The notes below the pieces were generated by a model. The model worked only from the letters and a program-made list of their open reading frames with translations, was not told where the DNA came from and did no database searches. From Clostridia bacterium (GTDB lineage Bacteria > Bacillota > Clostridia > Oscillospirales > CAG-272), in NCBI GenBank assembly GCA_017463665.1, contig JAFTOT010000035.1, positions 4,996 through 68,995 of the forward strand: a DNA stretch of 64,000 nt. The letters run 5' to 3'. Of the stretch, positions 1 through 10,474 are shown piece after piece. The stretch's first letter is position 1; each line of letters opens with the position of its first letter. The translations under genes and the position numbers were made by a program.

Positions 1-312
1 GATCAAAAGTGCGGCAGTCTTAGCGTGAAAGACCTTCGGGGATGCAAGCATCACATTATCGACTATTATACCAAACTCGGAAAAGATTTGCAACTGCCTT
101 TTTGCATCATATTCTTTTGTTATGTCGTGCAAAAGTGCGGAAATCCTCACTTTTTCTGTTTTTTCGGGTAAATACACGGCAGCCAGCTTCGCCGCTTCTT
201 CTTCCGTAGAAAGCACATGCTTTGCACGGTATTCACCAAGCCTTGCGCATATCGCATTACGCAGTTCGGAAAGTTTGTCCTGTTCTTCCAATTGCAACCG
301 CCCTTCTCTCAC
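1..312 (-). CDS. yqeK: HD-domain hydrolase YqeK-like (N-terminal part; gene continues past the left edge)
   Basis: My own translation of the minus strand from GTG at 312..310 gives VREGRLQLEEQDKLSELRNAICARLGEYRAKHVLSTEEEAAKLAAVYLPEKTEKVRISALLHDITKEYD..., an HD-type H...LLHD pattern. The GTG overlaps the nadD stop as GTGA. nadD-yqeK synteny is classic in Firmicutes. This ORF is not in the supplied track because it has no stop in the window. Confidence 0.6.
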   Translation of the reverse strand, partial: MREGRLQLEEQDKLSELRNAICARLGEYRAKHVLSTEEEAAKLAAVYLPEKTEKVRISALLHDITKEYDAKRQLQIFSEFGIIVDNVMLASPKVFHAKTAALLI

Positions 313-929
313 CTGTAGAGACCTTCTCTTCGAATATATGACGCAACACCTTCGGGTACAAACATACTAATATCCTTGCCTTGCCGTACACTGTCACGAA
401 TGGCACTGGAGGATATCTCCACCGACAAAGGAGGTAATGCTATGAAACGCGCACCGCACGTTTTCGTAAGCTGTTGCACCTTTTCGGCAATTTCGACCGC
501 ATAGCGTCCATCATCCTCACGCTGCATATAGGCTACCGTAACCATGTGCAGCAGGCGTTCATACGCATACCATCCATCCAGCGTCAGCAACATATCGGTT
601 CCGCAATAGATCACCACTTCATCGGCGATCCGGAGCAAGATCTCCACTGTATCTACGGTATAGCTTTTCCCGCCGCGGGCTATCTCCATATCCGATACGA
701 CGATCTCACAAGGAAGATCCAATGGCTCTATCGCAATACGCAGCATTGCGAGTCGCTCTGCATCGGTTGCATCGTCTTCTCGCTTCTTATGCGGCGGTAC
801 GGCTGTCGGAATAATATAGAGCACATCCGGCCGCACCGTTTCAGCATAAGCGCGCAGTGCAAGCAGATGCCCGTTATGCACGGGAGAAAACGTACCGCCG
901 AACACTGCCAGCTTTTTATATCGCTTCAA
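309..929 (-). CDS. nadD: nicotinate-nucleotide adenylyltransferase
   Basis: 206 aa with N-terminal GGTFSPVHNGHL (the (H/T)xGH nucleotidyltransferase motif). ATGA overlap with the upstream yhbY. Confidence 0.9.
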   Translation of the reverse strand: MKRYKKLAVFGGTFSPVHNGHLLALRAYAETVRPDVLYIIPTAVPPHKKREDDATDAERLAMLRIAIEPLDLPCEIVVSDMEIARGGKSYTVDTVEILLRIADEVVIYCGTDMLLTLDGWYAYERLLHMVTVAYMQREDDGRYAVEIAEKVQQLTKTCGARFIALPPLSVEISSSAIRDSVRQGKDISMFVPEGVASYIRREGLYR

Positions 930-1216
930 TCCAGTTCAATCCTCTTTTTATTTACAGATTCTCTGTACAGCACAAATCTCGTTCCGGTAACGGCAACCAC
1001 ATCGGCTCCGGTCGCTTCTGCAAGAGTATCTGCTGCCTCGCGTGCGGTATACTCGCTGTTTTCCAGCACGCGCGCTTTCATCAGTTCACGCGCTTCCAGC
1101 GCGTTGGATATCTGTTTTACCGTCTCCTCACTGATACCGCCTTTTCCGATCTGAAAAATGGTATCAAGGCTCGTGCCCATAGCACGAAGTTTTGCTCTTT
1201 GTTTACTTGTCAGCAT
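926..1216 (-). CDS. yhbY: ribosome-assembly RNA-binding protein YhbY (CRM domain)
   Basis: 96 aa with LTSKQRAKLRAMG...IFQIGKGGI, typical of YhbY/CRS1. GGTGA RBS upstream of the ATG. Confidence 0.85.
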   Translation of the reverse strand: MLTSKQRAKLRAMGTSLDTIFQIGKGGISEETVKQISNALEARELMKARVLENSEYTAREAADTLAEATGADVVAVTGTRFVLYRESVNKKRIELD

Positions 1217-1224
1217 ATTTCACC

Positions 1225-1824
1225 TTAAAATTTAATCTTTGCGAATTCTTCCGCAAATTTCAGCATCGCCTTGCCGCGATGGCTGATTTGATTTTTCTCC
1301 GCTTGCGACATCTCGGCAAAAGATTTCTGCATCGGCTCGTACCAAAACAGAGGATCATAACCGAAACCGCCGGTACCTCGGTATTCGGTCAAGATGCAGC
1401 CCGGACATTCGCCGCGCACGACAATATCCTCCCTGCCGTCCGGAAAGGAACATGCAACGACCGAAACGAACTTTGCCGTACGCTGTTCGGCGGGCAAGCC
1501 ATGCAGTGCCTGCAGCAGCTTTTTGTTATTTTTTTCAGTGTCGCACTCCTCGCCTGCGTATCTCGCAGAGTAAACACCGGGTGTGCCGTCGAGTGCATCT
1601 ACCATGAGTCCCGAATCGTCGGCAACCGTAATATAGCCAAGACGCGCGCCTGTGCGCGACTTGATCAGCGCATTATCGGCAAATGACGAACCATCCTCCA
1701 CGATCTCTTCATAAAAGCCGATATCCGACATCGAGAGCACCTCGATTTCGGGAGAGATCGTATGCATCAGCGCCTGCAGCTCGGCAATCTTGCCTTTGTT
1801 GTGCGATGCAAGTAATACTTTCAT
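1225..1824 (-). CDS. rdgB: dITP/XTP pyrophosphatase (RdgB/HAM1 family)
   Basis: 199 aa with MKVLLASHNKGKIAEL...GFGYDP, matching Ham1 family motifs. Confidence 0.9.
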   Translation of the reverse strand: MKVLLASHNKGKIAELQALMHTISPEIEVLSMSDIGFYEEIVEDGSSFADNALIKSRTGARLGYITVADDSGLMVDALDGTPGVYSARYAGEECDTEKNNKKLLQALHGLPAEQRTAKFVSVVACSFPDGREDIVVRGECPGCILTEYRGTGGFGYDPLFWYEPMQKSFAEMSQAEKNQISHRGKAMLKFAEEFAKIKF

Positions 1825-1833
1825 ATATACCCC

Positions 1834-2739
1834 TTAATCAAACATAGCACGGACAAAATCCTGCGCATTGAAAGGCTGCATATCGTCGATCTTTTCACCG
1901 ACACCGATGTACTTCACGGGTACATCCAGCTCTCCCTTGATGGAGAACACACTGCCGCCTTTTGCAGTACCGTCCAATTTGGTAAGAATCAATCCGGTAA
2001 TATTTGCAACCGTTTTAAACTCTTTTGCCTGCATGATCGCATTCTGTCCCGTAGTCGCATCCAGTACCAGCAGTGTTTCACGCGCTGCGCCGGGAAGTTC
2101 ACGAGAGATGACACGGTCGATCTTGGCAAGCTCATCCATCAAATTCTTCTTGTTGTGCAGACGTCCTGCCGTGTCTACGATCAGCACATCCGCATTACGG
2201 CTCTTCGCCGCGCTGACAGCATCAAAAACTACCGCCGCGGGATCAGATCCCTCACTCTGGCGGATCAGCTCGACCTGTGCTCGGTCACACCACACAGCCA
2301 ACTGATCGATCGCTGCCGCGCGGAACGTATCCGCCGCCGCAACCACAACCTTTTTCCCCTCTGCTTTCAGCTGTGCCGAAATTTTGCCGATAGAAGTGGT
2401 CTTGCCGACGCCGTTAACGCCGATGATCAGCAGAACGGAAGGTTTCGTATCCAGTTTCAACGGGCTACCCTCACCGACCATGTCAGCAAGAATCTCTTTC
2501 AGCGCATTTTTGACCTCCTCGCCGTCGGTCATACGCTCCGATTTTACGCGGTCGCGCAAACGTTCGAGGATCTCCTCGGTTGTATTAACGCCGACATCCG
2601 AGCAAATGAGCAGTTCTTCCAGTTCTTCAAACAGTTCTTCGTCTACTTTCACGAAGCTCTTGAAGAGATTGTCCACCTGCTCAACAAAAGCATTTTTTGT
2701 CTTCGTGAGTCCTGCTTTCAGTTTATCAAAAAATCCCAT
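1834..2739 (-). CDS. ftsY: signal recognition particle receptor FtsY
   Basis: 301 aa with the SRP GTPase motifs GVNGVGKTT, DTAGR and TKLDG. Lies downstream of smc as in B. subtilis. Confidence 0.93.
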   Translation of the reverse strand: MGFFDKLKAGLTKTKNAFVEQVDNLFKSFVKVDEELFEELEELLICSDVGVNTTEEILERLRDRVKSERMTDGEEVKNALKEILADMVGEGSPLKLDTKPSVLLIIGVNGVGKTTSIGKISAQLKAEGKKVVVAAADTFRAAAIDQLAVWCDRAQVELIRQSEGSDPAAVVFDAVSAAKSRNADVLIVDTAGRLHNKKNLMDELAKIDRVISRELPGAARETLLVLDATTGQNAIMQAKEFKTVANITGLILTKLDGTAKGGSVFSIKGELDVPVKYIGVGEKIDDMQPFNAQDFVRAMFD

Positions 2740-2762
2740 GTATACGCTATACCTTTCTTGGT

Positions 2763-5700
2763 TTACAATTTAAAATCCATATCGTTTACATTCAGTGCAA
2801 GCACTTTGGAAATGCCGCGTTCCGGCATAGTGACGCCGTAGATGCGATCAGCAGCTTCCATCGTACCACGGCGGTGCGTGATCAATACGAACTGCGTATT
2901 ATCCGACATCTGCTTAACATAATCCGCAAAGCGAGAGACATTCACCTCGTCAAGCGCCGCCTCAATCTCATCGAGGATACAGAACGGAGAGGGATTGACT
3001 TTCAAAATCGCAAAGAACAACGCAATAGCAACGAACGCCTGTTCGCCGCCCGAAAGCAGCGTAAGACTCTTGATGATCTTGCCGGGCGGTGCCGCCTTGA
3101 TCTCAATGCCACTGGTCAAAACATCCTCGGGCTCAGTGAGCGAAAGCTCTGCCGTACCGCCGCCGAACAGCGCGGTAAACACCTCGGAGAAATTCTTGTT
3201 GATCTGATTGAACGCCTCGATGAACTGACCGCGCATCTCATTTTCGAGACGGTTGATAACACTTGTCAGCTCTGCCTTGGACTTCTTCAGATCTTCGATC
3301 TGCTTCGACATCTCGTCATATCTCGCCTTGACCTCGGCATATTCTTCGATCGCGCCGACGTGAACGGGACCGAGCGCCTTCATCTCTCTACGGTATTCCG
3401 CAGCAGCAGAAGCGACGGACGGTCGGGTTTCGGGCGTGAGCGGCGGATAGCCGAGCTCCAATGCCAACGCATACGTCAGCTCGTATTCCTCATACATACG
3501 TTCTGCGGTCTTATCCTGCTCGGCATGGAGCGAACGCAATCTTGCTTCGTTTTTGTTATACGCGACCAAAATGACTTCTTTTTGGCTGTTCTTTTCGCGG
3601 ATACGCAGGCGCGTTTCATTAAGCTTGCGCTCATACTCTGCCGTGCCGCTCTCCACATTGCCGCGCTGCTGACCGAGCAGCTCCAGCTTAGTCACCATCT
3701 GTGCGGCAGACTCGCGGTTTTCTTCCTGCGCGGTCTGTAAAGCTTCGATTTCAGCAGCATAACTTTTTTGCGACCGCTCAGAGGTAAACACCGTCTCTGC
3801 AATCTCTGTCAGACGGGCGCCAAGCTGCGACTTGCGTAAAGCAAGTGCTTCGATATCCTTATTCACCTCAGCAAGTCGGATCGCCGACTCGCTGAGTCTC
3901 TTGTCGATCTCGCGCTGCTCGTCGAGCGCATCGTTACGCTCGGCATCTTTGCTCTGCCGATATGTGCGAATCTCCTCAATTTGCGCTTCCAGTGCTGTAT
4001 ATTCTTCGTTCAGTTTTTCAATCTCGCCGCTATAGCCCGCCTCCTGCGTTTTGAGACGTTCAAGATCGGCGCGCAGCTTCTCGCAAAGACCCGTATTGGT
4101 CGAAAGCTTTGCTGCGAGCGTATCCAAATGCGCTTTTTCGGAAGTAACAAGCGTGGTGACGATTTCTTTTTGCTGCATTGCACCCGCAAGACGCGTTTGC
4201 GCATCTTTGAGTGCAGCAGCCGCCTTGGCGAGTCCGCTTTCCAGCTTTTTCAGCGCGACTTCAGACTCGGACGCGGACTTTTCCAGCGCTCGAATCTCTG
4301 CCGAACGTGTCAAAATACCGCTGTCGCGGCGAACCGATCCACCCGTGTAAGAACCGCCGGCATTGATAACCTGTCCGTCCAGCGTAACGACTTTGACATG
4401 ATACTTTTGTTCGCGTGCCATGATCGACGCGTTATCCAGCGTATCAAAAATCAGAGTTCTGCCGAGGATGCTGCGCATGACTTCCGAAAACTTCGGATCA
4501 AAGTCAAAGAGCAGATCGGCTCTGCCGATATAGCCTTTGTATTTGCGTGCGCGGATCATTTCCTCGGTCTCATCCTGCGCGGTCGCCGAGGTGAGCGGAT
4601 AAAAGGTCGCTCTGCCCGCATGCGCATCTTTAAGCAGGCGAATTGCGGATTTGGCCGCATCTTCATTTTCGACAGCAATATTCTGAATATTCGCGCCGAA
4701 CGCAGTTTCGATTGCGGTGACGTATTTTTCAGGTACGCTGATAAGCTTGGACAGCGGTCCGAACACTTCGCCGCCGCGGATTTTTCCCTCTTTGTACGCC
4801 TGCATCACATAGCGAACGCTGGAAGAATAACCCTCAAACAGCTCCTCCATGCGGCGCAGCGCTTCCACGCGATGCACATAACCGTCATAACGCAGCTTTT
4901 CATCCGAAAGGTTGTTTTGCGACTTGTCTCTCGCAAGCTCTGCTTCTTCGAGCGCAGCATTCAACTCACCGATCAGCTTTTCGGTTTGCGCGGCATTTTC
5001 TTTGTAAGCATCCAGTTCACGGTTCACTGCGGTGATCTCATCGGCAAGACGCTTTGCCTCGCGCTCATACTCGTTGATCTCCGCCTCGGTCTGCTCCCCC
5101 ACATTGCTGTCAGTAATGCGGGTATTCTCCAGCACGCTCACGCGCACTTTGATATCCACGGCAGTATCACGTAATTTCTGCGCCAGTGCTTGTTTCTCGT
5201 CCATTTCCTTTTCGAGCGCATCGGCACGCATGCCGCATGCCGCATGTCGCTCGGATAAAACGGTACGTTCCTGTTCAATCTCCGCCAAAGCAGCCGCCTT
5301 CTCCACGGTCGCCTGCTCTACCTCGGCAAACTCCGACTGAACGGCAGCAGTGGCTGCAGCTGCACCGTCTATGGACTCGGCTGCTTTTTGCAGGAGTTCC
5401 TTCTTGTGCGTAATCTCATTTTCTGCGACCTTATAATCGCTGTCCACACGATGTATCTGCTCTTTAAGATCGTTGATCTCTGTGAGTAGCTTTTCGGATA
5501 TCATTTTGCCCTGCTGACTCTCTTCATAGAGCTTGTCGCTCTGCGTTTCAAGCGAGCGCAGGCTGTCCTCTGCCACTTCCAGTTCATGCTCGGAAAGGCG
5601 CACCGCCTTTTCCGCATCGTCGAGCTTTTCTTTCAGCATCGCACCATCGTAGATCCACAGACTGACGTCTGCGCGCTTTTTGCCTTCATAGATGTCGAGA

Positions 5701-6350
5701 TACTTTTTTGCTTTTTGCGATTCTTTTTCCAAAGGTCCGACGCGGCTGCCAAGCTCAGTAGCAATATCGGTCAACCGTACAAGATTATCGTCTGCCGCAG
5801 AAAGCTTCTTCTCCGCTTCATGCTTTTTGTAGCGATATTTTGCAATACCCGCCGCCTCTTCAAAGACATTGCGGCGATCCTCGCCCTTGCGCGAAAGGAT
5901 CTCGCCGATCTTGCCCTGTCCGATGACCGAATAGCCGTCACGACCGATACCCGTGTTCATGAACAGCTCGTGAATGTCCTTGAGACGGACGGCCTTACGG
6001 TTAATAAAATATTCACTGTCCCCCGAACGATAGTACCGTCTGGTGACAGTAATTTCATCGTACGGAATATCCACGCGGTGCGCGTCGGAGGAATTGTCAA
6101 ATGTGACCGAAACCTCGGCAAAGCTCATCGGCTTGCGCGAGTCCGCGCCGCCGAAAATGACATCCTCCATTTTCGTTCCGCGGATGTTCTTGCTGGAGAT
6201 CTCACCGAGCACCCAACGCATTGCATCCGAAATGTTGGATTTTCCGCTGCCGTTCGGTCCGATGACTACGGTTGCGCCCGGCTCAAAATTCAAAACCGTC
6301 TTGTTTGGAAATGACTTAAATCCATGCAGTTCAAGCGATTTTAAGTACAC
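2763..6350 (-). CDS. smc: chromosome partition protein Smc
   Basis: 1195 aa. N-terminal Walker A GPNGSGKSN, long coiled coils, a hinge, and C-terminal LSGGE/Walker B. GTG start 6 nt after GGAGGG. Confidence 0.95.
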   Translation of the reverse strand: MYLKSLELHGFKSFPNKTVLNFEPGATVVIGPNGSGKSNISDAMRWVLGEISSKNIRGTKMEDVIFGGADSRKPMSFAEVSVTFDNSSDAHRVDIPYDEITVTRRYYRSGDSEYFINRKAVRLKDIHELFMNTGIGRDGYSVIGQGKIGEILSRKGEDRRNVFEEAAGIAKYRYKKHEAEKKLSAADDNLVRLTDIATELGSRVGPLEKESQKAKKYLDIYEGKKRADVSLWIYDGAMLKEKLDDAEKAVRLSEHELEVAEDSLRSLETQSDKLYEESQQGKMISEKLLTEINDLKEQIHRVDSDYKVAENEITHKKELLQKAAESIDGAAAATAAVQSEFAEVEQATVEKAAALAEIEQERTVLSERHAACGMRADALEKEMDEKQALAQKLRDTAVDIKVRVSVLENTRITDSNVGEQTEAEINEYEREAKRLADEITAVNRELDAYKENAAQTEKLIGELNAALEEAELARDKSQNNLSDEKLRYDGYVHRVEALRRMEELFEGYSSSVRYVMQAYKEGKIRGGEVFGPLSKLISVPEKYVTAIETAFGANIQNIAVENEDAAKSAIRLLKDAHAGRATFYPLTSATAQDETEEMIRARKYKGYIGRADLLFDFDPKFSEVMRSILGRTLIFDTLDNASIMAREQKYHVKVVTLDGQVINAGGSYTGGSVRRDSGILTRSAEIRALEKSASESEVALKKLESGLAKAAAALKDAQTRLAGAMQQKEIVTTLVTSEKAHLDTLAAKLSTNTGLCEKLRADLERLKTQEAGYSGEIEKLNEEYTALEAQIEEIRTYRQSKDAERNDALDEQREIDKRLSESAIRLAEVNKDIEALALRKSQLGARLTEIAETVFTSERSQKSYAAEIEALQTAQEENRESAAQMVTKLELLGQQRGNVESGTAEYERKLNETRLRIREKNSQKEVILVAYNKNEARLRSLHAEQDKTAERMYEEYELTYALALELGYPPLTPETRPSVASAAAEYRREMKALGPVHVGAIEEYAEVKARYDEMSKQIEDLKKSKAELTSVINRLENEMRGQFIEAFNQINKNFSEVFTALFGGGTAELSLTEPEDVLTSGIEIKAAPPGKIIKSLTLLSGGEQAFVAIALFFAILKVNPSPFCILDEIEAALDEVNVSRFADYVKQMSDNTQFVLITHRRGTMEAADRIYGVTMPERGISKVLALNVNDMDFKL

Positions 6351-6451
6351 GCGCAGCCCTCCGTTTCCTATAAGTATAGCATTATAATATTAACTTATAT
6401 ATTATACAATATATTTCACCACTTTTCAACATTTTTTGCCGTTTTTATTGG

Positions 6452-6491
6452 AAGAAAAAAGAGCAAGTTTTCGCCACACGAAAGCTTGCTC
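6452..6491 (-). terminator. intrinsic terminator after the isomerase gene
   Basis: 13-bp stem GAGCAAGTTTTCG/CGAAAGCTTGCTC (6461..6491). On the minus strand it is followed by TTTTTTCTTC. Confidence 0.6.
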
Positions 6492-6496
6492 TTCAA

Positions 6497-7258
6497 TCAC
6501 AAAATCCGCTTTGCTCTTTCCAAAGCGATCTGCAAAAACTCAACCGGATCCTTGATATGCTCAAATCCTTTATTCAGCGTTTCAAGTGCAATTGCACCTT
6601 TGTATGGGATTTCTTTTAACTTATTCGTGATTCTGCTCCAATCGACACACCCCGTAAACGGGAGTGCATGTGTATCTTCTTTGCCGTTGTTATCGTGCAA
6701 ATGTAAAGCAATCAACTTATCTCCGTACAAATTTAACAAATCACACTGCGGAGAGTAATATTTTTCGTGTCCGCTGTCGAAGCAAAAATGCAGTTTTTCA
6801 GATTGAATATGTTTGAAAACAAAATCAATATACGCAGGATTTCCTTGGTTTTCTATGGCAATATTGATGTTGTATCTCTCCGCAGCATCCATGATTCTTT
6901 GAAATCGCTCAATACCAACATGATCGTTGGGTAAAGGCGTTACCCCATTGATCGGATGCACCACAAGTGTAGGTATCATATACTGTGCACAATCCGCAAT
7001 GCACTGTATGATTTGATCCGTATACTCCTGTCCTGCCACCGTATCCTTCCATATAGTGTTTGCCGGCATATAGGGGGCGTGTGCGTTTTCTACAAACAAT
7101 CCTGCTTCTTCGGCGTATTTCGGAAAATCTTTATAATCTTTGTCAAAATAGTCTGCCCACAGCAGGATCACGCCGTCAAACCCTGCTTGTTTTATAGCTT
7201 TCATTCTTTCTCGCGGTGAAAGATCATATCCGAAATAATCAACAATTGTGTATTTCAT
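6497..7258 (-). CDS. sugar phosphate isomerase/epimerase (xylose-isomerase-like TIM barrel family)
   Basis: Start moved to ATG at 7258 (MKYTIVDYFGY...), which is preceded by AGGAGGGT. The longer 7390 start would run through the rnc terminator. Family call rests on the general layout and on motifs such as HLHDNNG and E-rich metal ligands. The gene is AT-rich compared with its neighbours. Confidence 0.7.
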   Translation of the reverse strand: MKYTIVDYFGYDLSPRERMKAIKQAGFDGVILLWADYFDKDYKDFPKYAEEAGLFVENAHAPYMPANTIWKDTVAGQEYTDQIIQCIADCAQYMIPTLVVHPINGVTPLPNDHVGIERFQRIMDAAERYNINIAIENQGNPAYIDFVFKHIQSEKLHFCFDSGHEKYYSPQCDLLNLYGDKLIALHLHDNNGKEDTHALPFTGCVDWSRITNKLKEIPYKGAIALETLNKGFEHIKDPVEFLQIALERAKRIL

Positions 7259-7338
7259 ATACCCTCCTAACTTTATCTCATCATTGAAAACAGCATACCA
7301 CAAAAACCGAACTTTGTAAAGCGACTGTGTGTTGTAAC

Positions 7339-7370
7339 AAAAAAGTGCGTACATTTTGCCTGTACGCACT
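7339..7370 (-). terminator. intrinsic terminator after rnc
   Basis: 10-bp stem AGTGCGTACA/TGTACGCACT (7344..7370). On the minus strand it is followed by TTTTTTG. Confidence 0.65.
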
Positions 7371-7376
7371 TTTAAT

Positions 7377-8093
7377 TTATTCCTGTCCAAATAGTTCGAG
7401 TGCCTGTTTCGCTGCCATCTGTTCGGCGGCGCGTTTACTCTTGCCCTCGCCGGTGCCGATCACATTGCTGTTGAGACGCGCTTCGACTGTGAAACGCTTA
7501 TCATGGTCGGGGCCGCTCTCGCCGATGACGCAGTACTCGAGGATCTCGCCGCCCGCCTGTTGCACAAACTGCTGCAGCAGGGTTTTGAAATCTTTTGCGG
7601 CGCCGCTGATCTCCAGCTGTGAGAGCTGCTGGCTGAGTAGCGGAAGCAAGAACTTTGCGACCGTCTCTTTGTTTTTTCCACTGTCGATAAACATGGCGGC
7701 AAGCAGTGCTTCAAACGCGTCTGCAAGCAGCGAAGCACGCTCGCGTCCGCCGCTCAGCTCCTCGCCGTGACCAAGATTGAGATAGTCGCCGAGCGAGATT
7801 TTCTTTGCAAGCACAGCAAGCGCTTTTTCACAAACGATCTCGGCGCGCATACGGGTAAGCTCACCCTCGGGACAGTCTGCAAAATCAAAAAACAAAAACT
7901 CACTCGCAATGATCGACAGCACCGAGTCGCCCAAAAATTCCAATCGCTCGTTGCACTCCACAACAGCCCCCCTGCCCTTTGCCTCGTTTGAATAGGAGGA
8001 GTGCGTCAGCGCAGTCTCCAGCAGTGTACGATCTTGAAAAGTGTATCCGATCGCCGCTTCCAATCCCGCACGATCTTTCCGCAAACTTTGCAT
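7377..8093 (-). CDS. rnc: ribonuclease III
   Basis: RNase III signature ERLEFLGDSVL and a C-terminal dsRBD (GEGKSKRAAEQMAAKQAL). I prefer ATG at 8093 (MQSLRKD...) over the TTG at 8123 given in the track. Confidence 0.9.
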   Translation of the reverse strand: MQSLRKDRAGLEAAIGYTFQDRTLLETALTHSSYSNEAKGRGAVVECNERLEFLGDSVLSIIASEFLFFDFADCPEGELTRMRAEIVCEKALAVLAKKISLGDYLNLGHGEELSGGRERASLLADAFEALLAAMFIDSGKNKETVAKFLLPLLSQQLSQLEISGAAKDFKTLLQQFVQQAGGEILEYCVIGESGPDHDKRFTVEARLNSNVIGTGEGKSKRAAEQMAAKQALELFGQE

Positions 8094-8132
8094 GTTATGG
8101 TCATCCCTTCCGCAATTTATCAAACCGAACCT

Positions 8133-9137
8133 TTACTTGCCAGATTGGTTTGTCTCCGCCGCATGCGCAGCAATATCATAGATAATGCCTGTATTGATAT
8201 ATTCTTTTGCCTGTCTGACCGCGTTCAAAACCGCGCGAGCATCCGAGGAGCCGTGCGCCTTGATGACGGGCTTGGAAATACCGAGCAGCGGCGCACCGCC
8301 GTGCTCAGAGGCATCAAACTGTTTTTTGAGTCCTTGTACTTTGTTTTTCAGAAGAAGCGCTGTTGCCTTGGTAAGCATATTCTCATAGAACACGTTTTTG
8401 AGCGTACTCATAAAGAATTTACCCATACCCTCGATGGACTTCAGCAGCACATTGCCCGTAAAGCCATCGCAAACCAGCACGTCACAAGCATCAAAAGCGA
8501 TCCCCTTTGCCTCTACATTGCCGATAAAATGAATATACTCCGATTTCGATAACAGCTCATGGGCGCTCTTATAGAACGCAGTACCCTTCGACGGCTCCGT
8601 TCCGTTATTCAGCAGACCGACACGGGCAGTCTCCAGTCCGTAGATCTTTTCCATGTAAGCAGATCCCATTACAGCAAACTGCTCCAGCATTTTTTCATCC
8701 ACCTCGATATTCGCGCCGGAATCCAGCAGAAGAACAGGCGTTGGGAACGGCAGCACCGTTCCGATTGCCGCACGATGAATGCCCTTAATACGGCGCACGA
8801 TCAAAGTCGATCCCGCAAGCAGCGCACCGGTATTGCCGGCACTGACAAAAGCATCTCCCTCGCCGTGCGAAAGCATTTGAAGTCCTACTGCCATGGAAGA
8901 ATCACTCTTATCGCGCACAACGCTGAGGGCAGGATCCTCCATATTGATGACCGAATTGGCATTCACGATTTCAATATCCGAAAGGTCGATCTCTTCCTCT
9001 GCTGCGATATACTCGATCACTTCACGGTCGCCGACGGCAACCACATCTACACCGAGCTCTTCGCGCGCCATTACAGCGCCTTTTACCAATTCGAGCGGTG
9101 CATTATCTCCGCTCATTACATCTATGATAATTCTCAT
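8133..9137 (-). CDS. plsX: phosphate acyltransferase PlsX
   Basis: 334 aa with [14 protein letters not shown]... and KAHGSSDA, both typical of PlsX. Confidence 0.93.
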   Translation of the reverse strand: MRIIIDVMSGDNAPLELVKGAVMAREELGVDVVAVGDREVIEYIAAEEEIDLSDIEIVNANSVINMEDPALSVVRDKSDSSMAVGLQMLSHGEGDAFVSAGNTGALLAGSTLIVRRIKGIHRAAIGTVLPFPTPVLLLDSGANIEVDEKMLEQFAVMGSAYMEKIYGLETARVGLLNNGTEPSKGTAFYKSAHELLSKSEYIHFIGNVEAKGIAFDACDVLVCDGFTGNVLLKSIEGMGKFFMSTLKNVFYENMLTKATALLLKNKVQGLKKQFDASEHGGAPLLGISKPVIKAHGSSDARAVLNAVRQAKEYINTGIIYDIAAHAAETNQSGK

Positions 9138-10474
9138 ATGTTCTCTCCTTTATCTGTAGTTTGGCAATACGCAGAAAGAATAGACAACGATCTCGCCGCG
9201 AGCGCTTCATTCTTGACCTTTTTGCCGCCTTTTACGCGCTTCTCAAGCGGTGTGACAATGCCGAAATTGGCATTCATCGGCTGAAATGCGCCTGTACCGC
9301 CGTTTGCAACATAATGCGCCATCGCACCTATCACTGTCTCGCGCGGGAAGAGTACGCGCTCCTTGCCAAGCGCGGTCATGGCAGCATTGATACCTGCCAC
9401 AAGTCCCGATCCTGCGGACTCCACATATCCCTCCACGCCGGTCATCTGTCCCGCGAAAAAGAGATTCGGCTCGTCTTTCACCGAATAATCCGCCGCAAGA
9501 AGTCCGGGGGAATTCAAGTAGGTATTGCGGTGCATGACGCCATAGCGAACGAATTCTGCATTTTCCAGTCCCGGGATGAGCGAAAATACACGTTTTTGCT
9601 CACCGAATGTGAGATGCGTCTGGAAACCGACAATGTTAAACATGGTTGCCTCGGCATTGTCCCGGCGAAGCTGTACAACAGCATAAGCGTCCTTTCCGGT
9701 GGACGGCAACGGGAGTCCAACCGGTTTGAGAGGACCGAACAAAAGCGTTTCATATCCGCGCTTTGCCATGACTTCTACGGGCATACAGCCTTCAAACACC
9801 GTCAGATCCTTTTGACTTTCTTTGTCAAATTCTTTCAGTTCAGCTTCTTTTGCCGTAATCAGTGCCTGATAGAACGTATCATACTGCTCCTTGGTCATCG
9901 GGCAGTTGATATAAGACGCCTCGCCCTTTCCATAGCGGGATGCAAAGAACGCCGTATTCATATCAATACTGGAAAAATCCACGATCGGCGCAGCTGCGTC
10001 AAAAAAATGCAACTTAGTCCCGCCGATGCGCTTGCCGATATCCTCGGACAAAGCATCCGAGGTGAGAGGTCCGGAGGCAACCACCGTGATCCCCTCTTTC
10101 GGGATCTCGGTGATCTCGCCCTCAATGATCTCAATATTCGGATGGTTTTTGATCTTATCGGTGATATACGCCGAAAAACGTTCGCGGTCTACGGCAAGTG
10201 CGCTGCCCGCCGGCACCTCGGTGGCATATGCCGCCTCGATCACCAGCGAATCCAGCAGACGCATCTCCTCTTTCAGAAGTCCGACCGCATTGGACACCAC
10301 ATTGGAACGCAGAGAGTTGGAGCATACAAGCTCTGCAAAATCCTTGTTATGATGCGCGGGAGTATATTTTTGCGGCTTCATCTCATAGAGACGCACTTTC
10401 ACGCCGCGCTGTGCTGCCTGCCATGCTGCTTCGCAGCCGGCAAGACCGGCACCGATTACATTTATCTCTGTCAA
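9134..10474 (-). CDS. trmFO: methylenetetrahydrofolate-tRNA-(uracil-5)-methyltransferase TrmFO
   Basis: 446 aa with FAD motif [12 protein letters not shown] and Gid/TrmFO-like sequence throughout. TTG start directly after the topA TAA, with GAGGAG upstream. Confidence 0.92.
   Translation of the reverse strand: MTEINVIGAGLAGCEAAWQAAQRGVKVRLYEMKPQKYTPAHHNKDFAELVCSNSLRSNVVSNAVGLLKEEMRLLDSLVIEAAYATEVPAGSALAVDRERFSAYITDKIKNHPNIEIIEGEITEIPKEGITVVASGPLTSDALSEDIGKRIGGTKLHFFDAAAPIVDFSSIDMNTAFFASRYGKGEASYINCPMTKEQYDTFYQALITAKEAELKEFDKESQKDLTVFEGCMPVEVMAKRGYETLLFGPLKPVGLPLPSTGKDAYAVVQLRRDNAEATMFNIVGFQTHLTFGEQKRVFSLIPGLENAEFVRYGVMHRNTYLNSPGLLAADYSVKDEPNLFFAGQMTGVEGYVESAGSGLVAGINAAMTALGKERVLFPRETVIGAMAHYVANGGTGAFQPMNANFGIVTPLEKRVKGGKKVKNEALAARSLSILSAYCQTTDKGENI

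Noticed and set aside
122-370. 82-aa plus-strand ORF at the left edge
   Set aside because: It is antisense to the yqeK N-terminus and the nadD C-terminus, with no RBS.
3981-5174. 397-aa plus-strand ORF inside smc (also 39201..40403 opposite tyrS, 53072..54283 opposite prs, 44204..45394 opposite tlyA/ispA/xseB, 35352..36350 opposite dnaE, 62189..63115 opposite GH43)
   Set aside because: The same antisense-shadow explanation applies. None has an RBS or a recognisable domain.
6497-7390. 297-aa version of the isomerase starting at 7390
   Set aside because: It would overlap the rnc stop and run through the rnc terminator. ATG at 7258 has a strong AGGAGGGT RBS.
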